Origin: Geotalea daltonii FRC-32
GTDB lineage: Bacteria > Desulfobacterota > Desulfuromonadia > Geobacterales > Geobacteraceae
Reading direction: 5' to 3'
NCBI RefSeq assembly: GCF_000022265.1
Contig: NC_011979.1
Span: 630,001-662,000, forward strand
DNA: 32,000 bases
Shown one piece after another: positions 1 through 9,690 of this stretch. Under the pieces are notes generated by a model that was given only the letters and a program-made list of their open reading frames with translations, had not been told where the DNA came from and ran no database searches. Within the stretch, counting starts at the first letter, position 1. The number at the start of each line of letters is the position of its first letter. Both the position numbers and the translations under genes were made by a program.

Positions 1-689
1 GAAACCAGCAGCATGAGGAACATGGAGCCGATGATCTGAGTCCTCAACTCGGCGATGCGCTTGTCGGTTTTCTCCATGGAGAAGCCGACCCTGAACGCTC
101 CCCAGTGCTTGCCGTTGACATAGACCGGCGCCGAAATATCCCACATCCGCTCCCCGGTGTCGCGGAAATAAACCTGCTGGAGGAGTTCCTTCTGATTCTT
201 TGCCGCAAGCATGCCCACTTCGTCATTGAAAATGCGCTTGGTCCGGTTGTTGATCAGGTCCTTTGCCCTGTCGCCGGTCAGCGGCTGGGAGTATTTTGTG
301 TTATGGGTGGGCAAGTAACTGTTGCGATCAACTGCTGCCGCAAATACCACCTGGTCGTCTTTCAGGTACTCGTCTTCCAGCTCCTGGATGTTTTCGTCGA
401 GGTATCTGTCGAACCTGGTGTGGAACTTCTGCGGGTAGGTATTGGGAATGGGGACATAATTCTCATCGAATATGTCCGTCTCGGACAAAGTGCCCTGTTT
501 TATCGCCAGTTCCAGGACTTGCTCTGTCATCTTTGCTCCGGCAAGGGCTTCGATCCTCCCCTTGGAGAGTAGCTCGCCTTCCATGGAGGCGCTCCTCGAT
601 CTGACGAAGTAGATGGTAAAGAAGGTCATGATGACGACCATTACCAGAATGAGAATTCCGGCAATTTTCAATGACAGGTTGTTAAACAT
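1..689 (-). CDS. Membrane sensor protein, N-terminal part (probable methyl-accepting chemotaxis protein with an extracytoplasmic Cache-like domain); the 3' end runs off the window
   Basis: Hand translation of the minus strand from the ATG at 687-689 gives MFNNLSLKIAGILILVMVVIMTFFTIYFVRSRS... It has one TM helix, an extracytoplasmic domain of about 190 aa (…VDRNSYLPTHNTKYSQPLTGD…GKHWGAFRVGF…), and a second hydrophobic stretch at the edge (IIGSMFLMLLV). The frame is open to position 3. It is absent from the ORF track because it has no stop in the window. It lies directly upstream of cheW/cheR. Confidence 0.6.
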   Translation of the reverse strand, partial: MFNNLSLKIAGILILVMVVIMTFFTIYFVRSRSASMEGELLSKGRIEALAGAKMTEQVLELAIKQGTLSETDIFDENYVPIPNTYPQKFHTRFDRYLDENIQELEDEYLKDDQVVFAAAVDRNSYLPTHNTKYSQPLTGDRAKDLINNRTKRIFNDEVGMLAAKNQKELLQQVYFRDTGERMWDISAPVYVNGKHWGAFRVGFSMEKTDKRIAELRTQIIGSMFLMLLV

Positions 690-733
690 GGCAACTCCTT
701 GCAGGCGTTCCGTTAAACGCCGATGATCCTTTT

Positions 734-1279
734 TTATTGGTTATTGTCGGCCACAATGTCAGGGGACTGTAAAAGCTTTGCCATGTCCAGCATCATGATC
801 AGCATGCCGTCAATGTTCAACTGACCGCGGATATACTCCCGCTGTTTCTCATTGAGAGATTTGACCGCAGGCTCAAGGGCGTTCAGTGGCAGTGCCCGCA
901 CCCCCTCCACCGTTTCGGCGATGATGCCGGTGACAAACTTTTCCGATTTGACGACGACGATCCTGGAGAAAGGAGAAAGGGGGAGCTGGGGCAGGCCAAG
1001 CAGAGGCCTGATATCGATGGCTGCGGTAATCTCGCCACGGAGATTGAAAACGCCGGTGAGGAAGTCCTGAACACGCGGCAGCTTCACCAGCCTGGGGATG
1101 CGGATGACCTCGGAGGCGTAACCTGTTTCGAAGGCGAAGGTCTCACCACCGAGGGTCAGGGTGATAAATTCCTGCTCCTCTTCCCGTGCCTCTTCCACCT
1201 CTGACAGGGCGTGCCAGTACTCGTCCCTCATTTCATTCAGGATAGAGCGGATTTCGTCGGTTCCGTTCTTCACTACCAT
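734..1279 (-). CDS. cheW: Chemotaxis coupling protein CheW
   Basis: 181 aa. Shows the typical CheW-domain pattern (LTLGGETFAFETGYASEVIRIPRLVKLPRVQDFLTGVFNLRGEITAAIDIRPLLGL). Flanked by an MCP-like gene and cheR. Confidence 0.85.
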   Translation of the reverse strand: MVVKNGTDEIRSILNEMRDEYWHALSEVEEAREEEQEFITLTLGGETFAFETGYASEVIRIPRLVKLPRVQDFLTGVFNLRGEITAAIDIRPLLGLPQLPLSPFSRIVVVKSEKFVTGIIAETVEGVRALPLNALEPAVKSLNEKQREYIRGQLNIDGMLIMMLDMAKLLQSPDIVADNNQ

Positions 1280-1292
1280 GTCGCTTCCCTTC

Positions 1293-3143
1293 TTAATCTG
1301 CCTTTGCCAATTCTTTATTCAACTGATCCATGAACAGCTCCCTTGTCAGGCCGCCGGAATAGGGAATGGCCGCTTTGGCTTTCAGCCCGGCCACAATCCG
1401 TAGTGAATTATTCAGCTCCCTGAGCCGTTCCTTTTTTCTGCCCAGCCGTGCATAGAGCTGTGCCAGCTGGTAATGGGCCATGACGAAGTCATGTTGCAGG
1501 AGGATCGCCTTGCGGTATTCCTCACCGGCCTCCGGCAAGCGGTCGGTCATCTCATATACAAGTCCCTTGAGGAAATATGCCTCCGGCAGCAGGTCGTCGG
1601 TCTTCAATGCAGCTTCGCACGCTGCAAGTGCCTCAGTGAAACGCCCGTCATTGGCCAGAGTAAAACCATAGAGAATGAGGGCTCCGGTATGATCAGGACG
1701 ATGTTGCAGTATATCCTGCAAAAGTCTGGCTGTCTCGGAGAAATTTTCCTCCCTGAAGAGTTCTTGGGCATGTAGATGGAGCCTCTCCCAGTCAACAGCC
1801 TGCGGGGATGCCGGTGCAGGTGCAGTGGTATTTACCGGTGCCGGGGTTTGCTCTTGCCGGCTCTTTGCTTTTGCCGGTGCAGGTTGCCGGGGAGGAGCAG
1901 GTTCGGTTGGAATCCCGTTTTTTGCCGTTTTCTTCCGGTAGTAGAAGCTGCCGTCATGGCTTTGTCTTTCGAAGCGGCTCGATATCTGGGCCATGGTCTC
2001 GGCATGCCCCAAGAAGAGGTAACCGCCGGGCTTGAGACAATTGGATATTTTCTCGATTATTTGCCTGGTGATGTCAATGGTGAAATAAATGGTGACGTTG
2101 CGGCAGAAGACGGCATCGAATCGTTCCCGGTCCTGTTCCTCCTGGTCGGGAGTGGAAGACGTGAGATTATGGTGGGCGAATCTGACCAGGCTTTTAACCT
2201 CGTCCCTGATCCTGAACTTCTTGCCGCTTTTTTCGAAATAGCGATCCAGGTTGCGCTTTTCCATGACGCGCATGGCCCAGGGGCTGTATATGCCTTCCTG
2301 TGCCCGTTTCAGAGCCCGGTTGTCGATATCGGTGGCAAGAATGCTGATATCATGTTTCTTCCAGTCGGAGATGGCTTCCATGACGGTTATGGCCAGGGAA
2401 TAGGGCTCTTCGCCTGTGGAGCAGCCAGCCGACCAAAGCCTGAGCTTCAGCCTTTCCCCCTGGGCAAGCCCGGACCGTTTTTCTGCCAGTATCTGGCCCA
2501 GTGCCTCGAAGTGGGCATGGTAACGGAAAAAATAAGTCTCGCCGATGGTGAGAAACGGCAGCAGTTTTTTCAGTTCCTGCCGGCTTTCCTGGTGCAACAC
2601 CAGGTAATGGTAATATTCTTCGAAAGAGCTGATCTTCAGGGCAGCCATGCGGTTCAACAGACCCCGTTCCAGGAGCTTCTGGTTGCGCCGATCGAAATGG
2701 AGGCCGCTTTCTTGAAGGAGATATTGGGAGTAAAGACGGTAGGTATCGTCGCCAAGGGTTTCTGTTTGCCGGGGCAGGGACTGTTTTCTTCCCCTGGCGA
2801 TGGCCTCCAGATCTTCGGCAAGTCTTACCGTATCCAGGGGTTGGGGGAGAAAGTCAAAAAGATTGAGGAGCTCGAATTCAAGCTCGGGAACATCAGAGAT
2901 GACGATGATGGGCACATGACGGGTTTCAACCGCACGCTGCAGGCGGCTGATCATCTCGACGGCCCCCATGTCGGAGGTGGAAATTTCAAGGATAATAGCT
3001 GCCGGTCGATTTGCTGCGGCGGCCTGCAGGGCATCTGCATAAAGCTGGACGCAGGAGACTTCATGTCCGGCCGTTGCCAGCAGGTTGACGAGGTAGTCGC
3101 AGAACGCCTTATTTTCGTTTATTACCAGGATCTGCAGCGGCAT
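1293..3143 (-). CDS. cheR: CheR-type protein-glutamate O-methyltransferase with an N-terminal (degenerate) receiver domain and C-terminal TPR repeats
   Basis: The track ORF 1293..3443 overlaps glnS. I start it at the internal ATG at 3143 (MPLQILVINENK…), which has AGGA 8 nt upstream. The central region has the CheR SAM-MTase pattern (ETYFFRYHAHFEAL…LRLWSAGCSTGEEPYSLA…FCRNVTIYF). The C-terminus looks like TPR (YFLKGLVYEMTDRLPEAGEEYRKAILLQHDFVMAHYQLAQLY). Confidence 0.85.
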   Translation of the reverse strand: MPLQILVINENKAFCDYLVNLLATAGHEVSCVQLYADALQAAAANRPAAIILEISTSDMGAVEMISRLQRAVETRHVPIIVISDVPELEFELLNLFDFLPQPLDTVRLAEDLEAIARGRKQSLPRQTETLGDDTYRLYSQYLLQESGLHFDRRNQKLLERGLLNRMAALKISSFEEYYHYLVLHQESRQELKKLLPFLTIGETYFFRYHAHFEALGQILAEKRSGLAQGERLKLRLWSAGCSTGEEPYSLAITVMEAISDWKKHDISILATDIDNRALKRAQEGIYSPWAMRVMEKRNLDRYFEKSGKKFRIRDEVKSLVRFAHHNLTSSTPDQEEQDRERFDAVFCRNVTIYFTIDITRQIIEKISNCLKPGGYLFLGHAETMAQISSRFERQSHDGSFYYRKKTAKNGIPTEPAPPRQPAPAKAKSRQEQTPAPVNTTAPAPASPQAVDWERLHLHAQELFREENFSETARLLQDILQHRPDHTGALILYGFTLANDGRFTEALAACEAALKTDDLLPEAYFLKGLVYEMTDRLPEAGEEYRKAILLQHDFVMAHYQLAQLYARLGRKKERLRELNNSLRIVAGLKAKAAIPYSGGLTRELFMDQLNKELAKAD

Positions 3144-3186
3144 TCCATCCTTTATCCAGGCTGTTGAAGTTCCACACGCGGGGCCG

Positions 3187-4887
3187 TCATTCTTTCTTGC
3201 CGCCGGCTCCCCACGAATCGCGCAGGGTGGCGGTGCGGTTAAATACAGGTCTTCCGTCGTCAGCCAGTGAGCCCACATGAAAGTATCCCTGGCGCTCGAA
3301 CTGATAGCTGGAGCCCGGTGCGGCCTTTGCCAGATCCGGCTCAAGACAGGCGGTATCCAGCACCTGCAGGGAGTCTTTATTAATGAAAGTCTTGAAGTCC
3401 TGCCCCCCCTTGTCCGGATTGGGGACAGTAAAGAGGCGGTCATAGAGGCGGACTTCGGCTTTCACGGCATGGAGCGCCGAGACCCAGTGGATGGTGCCCT
3501 TGATCTTGCGGCCATCAGGAGCTGAACCCCCTCTGGAGGCCGGATCGTAACTGCAGTGGACTTCCACGATTTTGCCCGCTTCATCTTTGACGACGCTTTC
3601 GCATTTGACGATGTAGGCGTAGCGCAGGCGCACCTCTCGCCCAGGTGCCAGGCGGAAGAAACCCTTCGGCGGTTCTTCGAGAAAATCGTCCTGCTCGATA
3701 TAAATCTCTTTGGCAAAGGGAACCATCCGTGAGCCCATGGCCGGATCGTTGGGATGATTGGCCGCCTCGAACTCTTCGGTCATTGCTGCGGGATAGTTGT
3801 CGATCACCAGCTTGAGAGGGCGCAGGACCGCCATCGCCCGGGGCGCCCTGAAATTGAGGTCGTTGCGGACACACTCTTCCAATATACTCATGTCGATCCA
3901 GCTGTCGCTCTTGCCGACGCCGATCTGGTCGCAGAAGCTGCGGATGGACTCGGGGGTATAACCGCGCATCCGTAAGCCGGACAAGGTCGGCATGCGCGGA
4001 TCGTCCCAGCCGGAGACATCGCCATCCTGAACCAGTTGCAGAAGCTTCCGCTTGCTCATCACCGTGTAGGTGAGGTTGAGGCGGGCAAACTCGTACTGAT
4101 GGGGCTGGTAGATGCCGAGCCGTTCCAGGAACCATTCATAGAGGGGGCGGTGGTCGGCGAATTCCAGTGTGCAGACGGAATGGGTGATTCCTTCGATGGA
4201 GTCGCTCTGGCCGTGGGCGAAGTCGTACATGGGATAGATGCACCATTTGTCGCCGGCGTGGGGATGGGGAGTGTGGAGAATGCGATACATGACCGGGTCG
4301 CGCAGGTTGAGGTTGGGGGAGGCCATGTCGATCTTTGCCCGCAGCACCTTGGCCCCATCGGCAAACTCGCCGGCACGCATCCGGCGGAAAAGCTGAAGGT
4401 TTTCTTCCGGGGTGCGGCTGCGGCAGGGGCTCTCCTTGCCCGGTTCGGTGAGGGTGCCGCGGTAGGCGCGGATCTCATCGGCGGTCAGGTCTTCCACGTA
4501 GGCATCACCCTGGCGGATCAGCTGTTCCGCCCACTGGTAGAGCTGCTCGAAATAGTCGGAGGCGTAGTAAAGGTGTTTCCCCCAGTCAAAGCCGAGCCAG
4601 CGGACGTTTTCCTTGATAGCTTCCGCGTATTCCACATCCTCCTTGGCCGGATTGGTGTCGTCGAAGCGAAGGTGGCAGCGGCCGCCGAAGTCCCGGGCCA
4701 GGCCGAAGTTGAGGCAGATGGATTTGGCGTGGCCGATGTGCAGGTAGCCATTGGGCTCGGGCGGAAAGCGGGTGACGATAGTTTTGTGTTTGCCGCATTT
4801 CAGGTCTTCTTCGACGATGTTGCGAATAAAGTTTGTTGTTGCCGTAGTTTCCGGTGCAGATATATTGCTGTTGACGGTAGATTCCAT
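3187..4887 (-). CDS. glnS: Glutaminyl-tRNA synthetase
   Basis: Class I aaRS motifs are present: HIGH ([14 protein letters not shown]) and KMSKS (VMSKRKL). The body is GlnRS-like ([11 protein letters not shown]…[15 protein letters not shown]). Start moved to MESTVN (ATG at 4887) to avoid overlap with ispF. Confidence 0.9.
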   Translation of the reverse strand: MESTVNSNISAPETTATTNFIRNIVEEDLKCGKHKTIVTRFPPEPNGYLHIGHAKSICLNFGLARDFGGRCHLRFDDTNPAKEDVEYAEAIKENVRWLGFDWGKHLYYASDYFEQLYQWAEQLIRQGDAYVEDLTADEIRAYRGTLTEPGKESPCRSRTPEENLQLFRRMRAGEFADGAKVLRAKIDMASPNLNLRDPVMYRILHTPHPHAGDKWCIYPMYDFAHGQSDSIEGITHSVCTLEFADHRPLYEWFLERLGIYQPHQYEFARLNLTYTVMSKRKLLQLVQDGDVSGWDDPRMPTLSGLRMRGYTPESIRSFCDQIGVGKSDSWIDMSILEECVRNDLNFRAPRAMAVLRPLKLVIDNYPAAMTEEFEAANHPNDPAMGSRMVPFAKEIYIEQDDFLEEPPKGFFRLAPGREVRLRYAYIVKCESVVKDEAGKIVEVHCSYDPASRGGSAPDGRKIKGTIHWVSALHAVKAEVRLYDRLFTVPNPDKGGQDFKTFINKDSLQVLDTACLEPDLAKAAPGSSYQFERQGYFHVGSLADDGRPVFNRTATLRDSWGAGGKKE

Positions 4888-4891
4888 ATTT

Positions 4892-5407
4892 TTACCTCGT
4901 TTCCAGGACCTCTCTCGTTTCGGGTGAAAGCTCGTGCCTGCGCTGCAGCAGAGCCACTGCATAGGCGGCTATTCCTTCGCCCCGGCCGCAAAAGCCAAGT
5001 TCTTCGGTGGTGGTCGCCTTGACATTGATCCTGCTTGCTTCCGTCTCCAGGGCTTTGGCGATATTCTCCCCCATCAGGGGAATGTGGGCTGCCAGTTTCG
5101 GCCTCTGGGCGACGATAGTCGCATCCACGTTGCCGATGGCATACCCGCGGTCGCGGGCCAGCCCCATGACATGCATCAGCAGCTTGATGCTGTCGGCCCC
5201 CTTGTAGGCAGGGTCGGTGTCGGGGAAATGTTTGCCGATATCACCTTCGCCGATGGCGCCTAATATGGCGTCGGAAATGGCGTGAAGGAGCACATCTGCA
5301 TCCGAATGGCCGAGCAGCCCTCTTTCGTAGGGGATATCTACTCCGCCGAGGATCAGTTTCCTGCCGCTGACCAGTTTGTGCACATCATATCCATGACCTA
5401 TTCTCAT
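4892..5407 (-). CDS. ispF: 2-C-methyl-D-erythritol 2,4-cyclodiphosphate synthase
   Basis: [51 protein letters not shown]… is the classic IspF N-terminus. Start chosen at the ATG at 5407 (AGAGG upstream). Adjacent to ispD. Confidence 0.9.
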   Translation of the reverse strand: MRIGHGYDVHKLVSGRKLILGGVDIPYERGLLGHSDADVLLHAISDAILGAIGEGDIGKHFPDTDPAYKGADSIKLLMHVMGLARDRGYAIGNVDATIVAQRPKLAAHIPLMGENIAKALETEASRINVKATTTEELGFCGRGEGIAAYAVALLQRRHELSPETREVLETR

Positions 5408-5427
5408 TGTAGCCTCTTTCAAGCACT

Positions 5428-6114
5428 TTATTTCTTCAAAAAAGTCTCCGCCAGCAGCATATCTTCCGGCGTCGTAATCTTTATGTTCCGGTAGTCCCCC
5501 ATGACCACATGCACCTGTCTGCCCATGCGTTCCACCAGCGAGGCATCGTCGGTTCCCAGGAAGCCTTCGGCGGCAGCAATTTCATGGGCGGCGCTGATGA
5601 TGCCGTGCCTGAAGGACTGGGGTGTTTGGGCAAGCCAGATGTTTTCCCTGGGTGGGGTGCCGGTCACCACGCCGGCTTCGACGGTCTTTATGGTATCCTT
5701 GGCCGGTACGGCCACCAGGGCGCCGTCCCATTGGCTTGCAACCTCAATGGAATGTTTCAATATCTTCGTTGGAATGAAGGGCCTGACTCCGTCATGGATG
5801 ATGACCACATCGTCTTCCCTGTACCCGTTCAGCGCCCTGATTCCGTTGAGTACCGAATGCTGCCGTTCACTGCCGCCGGCGATGACATCGCGAACCTTGG
5901 CGAAGCCGTATTTTCCCACCACCTGCTCACGACAGAAGGCGATCTCCGCTTCGGGGATGACCACATAAATGTCGTCAACAAAGGATGCCTCCTGGAAGAC
6001 TGCAAGGGTGTGGGCCAGAATGGGCCTGCCGTCCAGGAGCAGGTACTGCTTGTTCATGCCTGCTCCCATGCGTTTCCCCATGCCGGCAGCAGGGATTAGT
6101 GCAACGGCTCTCAT
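5428..6114 (-). CDS. ispD: 2-C-methyl-D-erythritol 4-phosphate cytidylyltransferase
   Basis: [17 protein letters not shown]…[17 protein letters not shown]… is the IspD glycine-rich N-terminal motif. Shows ispD-ispF synteny. Confidence 0.9.
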   Translation of the reverse strand: MRAVALIPAAGMGKRMGAGMNKQYLLLDGRPILAHTLAVFQEASFVDDIYVVIPEAEIAFCREQVVGKYGFAKVRDVIAGGSERQHSVLNGIRALNGYREDDVVIIHDGVRPFIPTKILKHSIEVASQWDGALVAVPAKDTIKTVEAGVVTGTPPRENIWLAQTPQSFRHGIISAAHEIAAAEGFLGTDDASLVERMGRQVHVVMGDYRNIKITTPEDMLLAETFLKK

Positions 6115-6254
6115 TTTCCGGCCCCCCTTGGATATATTGGATGGAAGCGGCTGTTATTCCGCCAACAAAATCGTGCAATTATACATGGATGGGATAAAAA
6201 GGCCAAACAGAAATTGGTTGACGATGGGCGTCGGCACCCTCCAGCAGCAGGTTG

Positions 6255-7643
6255 TCAGGGGACAATGCCTTGCAGGGCAGCGGTCAGGGCCGATATATCT
6301 TCTTCGTTAATGGTGCGTGGGTCAAGGAGAAAGGCCCCTTTGAAAATTCTGCCGATGACCGGCACCGGAGAGAGCCTCATGACCTTTTCGATTTCCTGGG
6401 CCGACTTGTCGCCGACGCTGACCGATATCAGCGTGGTGGGAAGTTGAAGGAGGGGAAGGGCGCCTCCTCCGACCTGGGAGAAGCCTTCAACGAGGGCGAG
6501 GGTCACAACGGGGGGTACAACCTTCTGCAAGCGTGCCGCAAGCCGTTTTGCTGTCTCGGCAAGCTCTTCTTTGGAAAGGGCGAGCATGCGCAGGGTGGGA
6601 ATTTCCTGCAGCGCCCGTCGCTCGTCGCGGTACAGCTGCAGGGTTCCTTCCAGAGCGGCCAGGGTAAGCTTGTCTATCCTTACAGCCCGCAGCAGCGGAT
6701 GCTTTTTCATGGTTGCCAGCAGTTCCCTGCGACCGACGATGATGCCTGCCTGGGGGCCGCCCAGGAGTTTGTCGCCGCTGAAGGTGATGACATCCACCCC
6801 GGCGCTGACGAATTCCTGCACCGTCGGCTCATTGCAGCCAAGCCTCCTGGAGAGCTCCACCAGGTTGCCGCTTCCCACATCCGCCATTACCGGCAGGGAA
6901 TGCTGCCTGCCCAGCTCTACCAACTGTTCGGCCGATACTTCGGCGGTAAAGCCGACCACGGCGAAATTGCTGCAGTGGACCTTGAGCAGCAGGCCTGTTT
7001 CCGTAGCTACAGCAGCACTGTAGTCTTGGAGGTGGGTACGGTTGGTGGCCCCGACCTCTCTCAATATGGCGCCACTCTGGCGCATGACGTCGGGAATGCG
7101 GAACGAGCCGCCGATCTCTACCAGTTCTCCACGCGAGACGATGACTTCTCTGCCGGCGGCGAGGGAACTGAGAGCGAGCAGTACCGCGGCGGCGTTGTTG
7201 TTGACCACCAGTGCAGCCTCTGCACCGGTAAGCTCGCAGAGGATTTCTTCCACGTGGGAATAGCGACTGCCTCGTTCTCCCGTTGCCAGGTCGAATTCCA
7301 GGTTTGAGTAGCCGAAGGCTATTTCATTCAGGGTCTGGCGCACGCTTTCTGGCAGGGGCGACCGTCCCAGGTTGGTATGGATGACAACGCCGGTGCCGTT
7401 GACCAGCCGCTTGAGGTTCAAAGAGTTGATCTCATCAAGCTCCCGGTTCACCCTCTTCATGATCGCCTCGTCGGTGAACAGGCCCGCGTCCCCTTCTTCA
7501 CGGAGCACAATGGCACGGAGTACTTCAAGTACATTACGCACAGCCTTCATCACCACCGGGCGGGGATGGGTTTCCAATAGTGTCTGGACGCCCTCCCAGC
7601 TCAGTACTTTGTCCACCTTGGGAATCTGCTTCAAAAGGTTCAA
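6255..7643 (-). CDS. selA: L-seryl-tRNA(Sec) selenium transferase
   Basis: 462 aa. Has the SelA pattern (LKRLVNGTGVVIHTNLGRSPL…; PLP lysine context FSGDKLLGGPQAG). TTG start at 7643 with GGGAGA 8 nt upstream. Confidence 0.85.
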   Translation of the reverse strand: MNLLKQIPKVDKVLSWEGVQTLLETHPRPVVMKAVRNVLEVLRAIVLREEGDAGLFTDEAIMKRVNRELDEINSLNLKRLVNGTGVVIHTNLGRSPLPESVRQTLNEIAFGYSNLEFDLATGERGSRYSHVEEILCELTGAEAALVVNNNAAAVLLALSSLAAGREVIVSRGELVEIGGSFRIPDVMRQSGAILREVGATNRTHLQDYSAAVATETGLLLKVHCSNFAVVGFTAEVSAEQLVELGRQHSLPVMADVGSGNLVELSRRLGCNEPTVQEFVSAGVDVITFSGDKLLGGPQAGIIVGRRELLATMKKHPLLRAVRIDKLTLAALEGTLQLYRDERRALQEIPTLRMLALSKEELAETAKRLAARLQKVVPPVVTLALVEGFSQVGGGALPLLQLPTTLISVSVGDKSAQEIEKVMRLSPVPVIGRIFKGAFLLDPRTINEEDISALTAALQGIVP

Positions 7644-7777
7644 CAGCTTACTCTCCCGTGATCAAAGGGTTGAAATAAAAACATCCACAGCTTAGCACAG
7701 AGGAACGGATTTTCCATAGAGGAAATGCCGTGCAACCGGTAAGTAGTGGATGTGTCATAATGCCGCTGCGGGTGGGG

Positions 7778-8485
7778 TTAAAGGTCGAGATGCTTCGCTG
7801 CAGTCTGCTCTGCCTTCTTCATTGGTGTACCGTCAGGCCCGCTTTTTATCAGGACGATGCCCCCATATTCGGCGTTTTTCTGAACCAGCTTTTCCGCAAG
7901 ATTGGCATTTTTGTTACGAAAGGCCTCGATGATTTTCTCATGCTCTTCCACGGAGACCTGCATCCGTCCCTTCTTGCTCAAGGAAGCTATCCTCAACCTT
8001 TGGAACTTTTTCACCAGACCGTTTACCATCTCATAGAGCTTATCGTTATTTGCTGCCTTGATAAACAGATCGTGAAAATCGTTGTGCACCTTGAAAAAAT
8101 TTTTGATGTCGCCGGCTTCGGCCAATTGATGCAGTTTCTGGTTAATGGCAGCAAGCTTGTCCAGCTCCTTTGCCGTCAGGTTGTCGCAGGCCTTGCGTGC
8201 AGCATAGCCTTCGAGGATGCTCTTGATGGCGTAGAACTCTTCCACGTCCCGCGGGGAAAAGGCTGCAACCACTGCGCCCTTGCGGGGAATTACCGAAAGA
8301 TACCCTTCCGATTCCAGCTGGCGGAAGGCTTCCCGGATGGGGGTCCTGCTGATGCCGAAGCGTTCGGCCAATTCAGGTTCGGCCACCTTTTCTCCCGGCT
8401 TCAGGGACCCGCTCATGATGGCATCACGGATCGTTTCAAGGATTCTTTCCCTGAGGGTCAGATGCTTTTCAATGTTTCTTTTCAT
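7778..8485 (-). CDS. GntR-family transcriptional regulator (FadR/FCD subfamily)
   Basis: N-terminal winged HTH (LKPGEKVAEPELAERFGISRTPIREAFRQLESEGYL) plus an all-helical FCD-like C-terminal domain. Start moved to MKRNIEK (ATG at 8485), with GGAGG upstream. Confidence 0.85.
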   Translation of the reverse strand: MKRNIEKHLTLRERILETIRDAIMSGSLKPGEKVAEPELAERFGISRTPIREAFRQLESEGYLSVIPRKGAVVAAFSPRDVEEFYAIKSILEGYAARKACDNLTAKELDKLAAINQKLHQLAEAGDIKNFFKVHNDFHDLFIKAANNDKLYEMVNGLVKKFQRLRIASLSKKGRMQVSVEEHEKIIEAFRNKNANLAEKLVQKNAEYGGIVLIKSGPDGTPMKKAEQTAAKHLDL

Positions 8486-8509
8486 GGCGGTCCTCCAGTT
8501 AGTGGCTAA

Positions 8510-8526
8510 TTGTATACAGTATACAA
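8510..8526. promoter_or_regulatory. Perfect 8-1-8 palindrome TTGTATACAGTATACAA, candidate GntR operator
   Basis: Read directly from the sequence. Lies 25 nt upstream of the GntR start, in the divergent region shared with the K+ channel gene. Contains the GT-N-AC cores typical of GntR/FadR operators. Confidence 0.55.
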
Positions 8527-8646
8527 GAATTGTCAAGAATTTACCCCTTTGCCGGGAGCAATCAACTACTTACGTGGTTTTTTATGTCATTAATGTCTTG
8601 AAATTTAGCAGTGGCGAGGGTATTTTAGGCGGGAAAAGGAGTTTGA

Positions 8647-9690
8647 ATGGATCCTGTCCGCCACCTGAAAATATCGGTTCTGGTGCTGGCCCTGCTGGTC
8701 TCCATAGGTACTGCCGGCTACTCGACCATCGAGGGGTGGCGTCTGCTCGATGCCCTCTACATGACCGTGATCACACTGGGGACGGTCGGCTTCCGGGAAA
8801 TACACGAGTTGAGCGACGCCGGCAAAATCTTTACCATGGTGTTGATCTTTTTCGGCGTCAGCGTCCTGGGTTACATCGTTGGCAGTCTTGCCCAAATCAT
8901 GTTCGAGGGGCAGCTGCAGCGCATTATCGGGAGGAAAAAGGTGGAAAAGAAAATAGATGCCTTGAGCGGCCACTATATCATCTGCGGCTTCGGCAGGATC
9001 GGCGCCCTGATCTGCAAGGAATTTGCCGCAAAACCTCTCCCCTTTGTCGTGGTGGAAAACGACCCGCTGGTGGTGGATAAACTGGCCCAGGACAGCTACC
9101 TGTTTCTCAGGGGGAATGCCACCGATGACGAGACCTTGCTCAAGGCCGGCATCAAGAAGGCCAAGGGTCTGATTTCCGTGGTCACGTCGGACACGGAGAA
9201 TGTCTACATTACCCTGACCGCCCGCGGCCTCAACCCTGACCTCTACATCCTTGCCCGTTCCGGAGAAGAAGGATCGGAAATAAAGCTGAAGCGGGCCGGC
9301 GCCAACAAGGTCGTCTCGCCTTACCTCATCGGCGGCAGCCGTATGGCCCAGGCTATCCTCCGTCCCAACGTCATGGACTTCATCGAGATAGCCACAGGCC
9401 GCGAGCATCTGGAACTGCAGATAGAAGAGATCGTCATCCCCGCCACCTCCGGCTTTATCGGGGAGAATCTTGCCAGTTCCGGCTTCCGCCGTGAGACAGG
9501 CGTCATCATTGTCGGCATCAAAAAAGCCTCGGGGAAGATGGTCTTCAACCCCGAATCCCATACCCACATGGAGGCCCATGACACCCTCATCGTTCTTGGC
9601 CAGCCGACGGCCATCTTCAAGCTGGAGGAACTGGTGAACTGCGGCAAGTGTGCCGACGACATAAAGAGGCATAGGAAAAACCATGAATAA
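8647..9690 (+). CDS. Two-TM potassium-channel-family protein with cytoplasmic RCK (TrkA-N/TrkA-C) domains
   Basis: Architecture is TM1, pore helix and filter (LYMTVITLGTVGFRE), TM2, then a Rossmann motif (YIICGFGRIGALI) and a TrkA-C-like end. The 375-aa antisense ORF was rejected. Confidence 0.8.
   Translation: MDPVRHLKISVLVLALLVSIGTAGYSTIEGWRLLDALYMTVITLGTVGFREIHELSDAGKIFTMVLIFFGVSVLGYIVGSLAQIMFEGQLQRIIGRKKVEKKIDALSGHYIICGFGRIGALICKEFAAKPLPFVVVENDPLVVDKLAQDSYLFLRGNATDDETLLKAGIKKAKGLISVVTSDTENVYITLTARGLNPDLYILARSGEEGSEIKLKRAGANKVVSPYLIGGSRMAQAILRPNVMDFIEIATGREHLELQIEEIVIPATSGFIGENLASSGFRRETGVIIVGIKKASGKMVFNPESHTHMEAHDTLIVLGQPTAIFKLEELVNCGKCADDIKRHRKNHE

Noticed and set aside
1776-3167. Long antisense ORFs opposite well-supported genes: 1776..3167(+) vs cheR, 4036..5022(+) vs glnS, 6252..7307(+) vs selA, 7730..8509(+) vs GntR, 8605..9732(-) vs the K+ channel, 13665..14309(+) vs the ABC ATPase, 16842..17588(+) vs lon, and others.
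   Set aside because: Their translations are low-complexity and Gly/Arg/Pro/Ala-rich with no recognisable motifs, whereas the opposite strand encodes proteins with complete family signatures. These are the usual shadow ORFs of GC-rich DNA.
3144-3443. N-terminal extensions in the ORF track: cheR to 3443, glnS to 4962, ispF to 5422, GntR to 8536, ABC ATPase to 14408, M48 to 20105, DUF898 to 21385, HD to 22752, JAB to 29472.
   Set aside because: The extensions overlap the upstream gene or encode Arg/Cys-rich nonsense. Internal ATGs with Shine-Dalgarno sequences give N-termini typical of each family, so the shorter coordinates were used.
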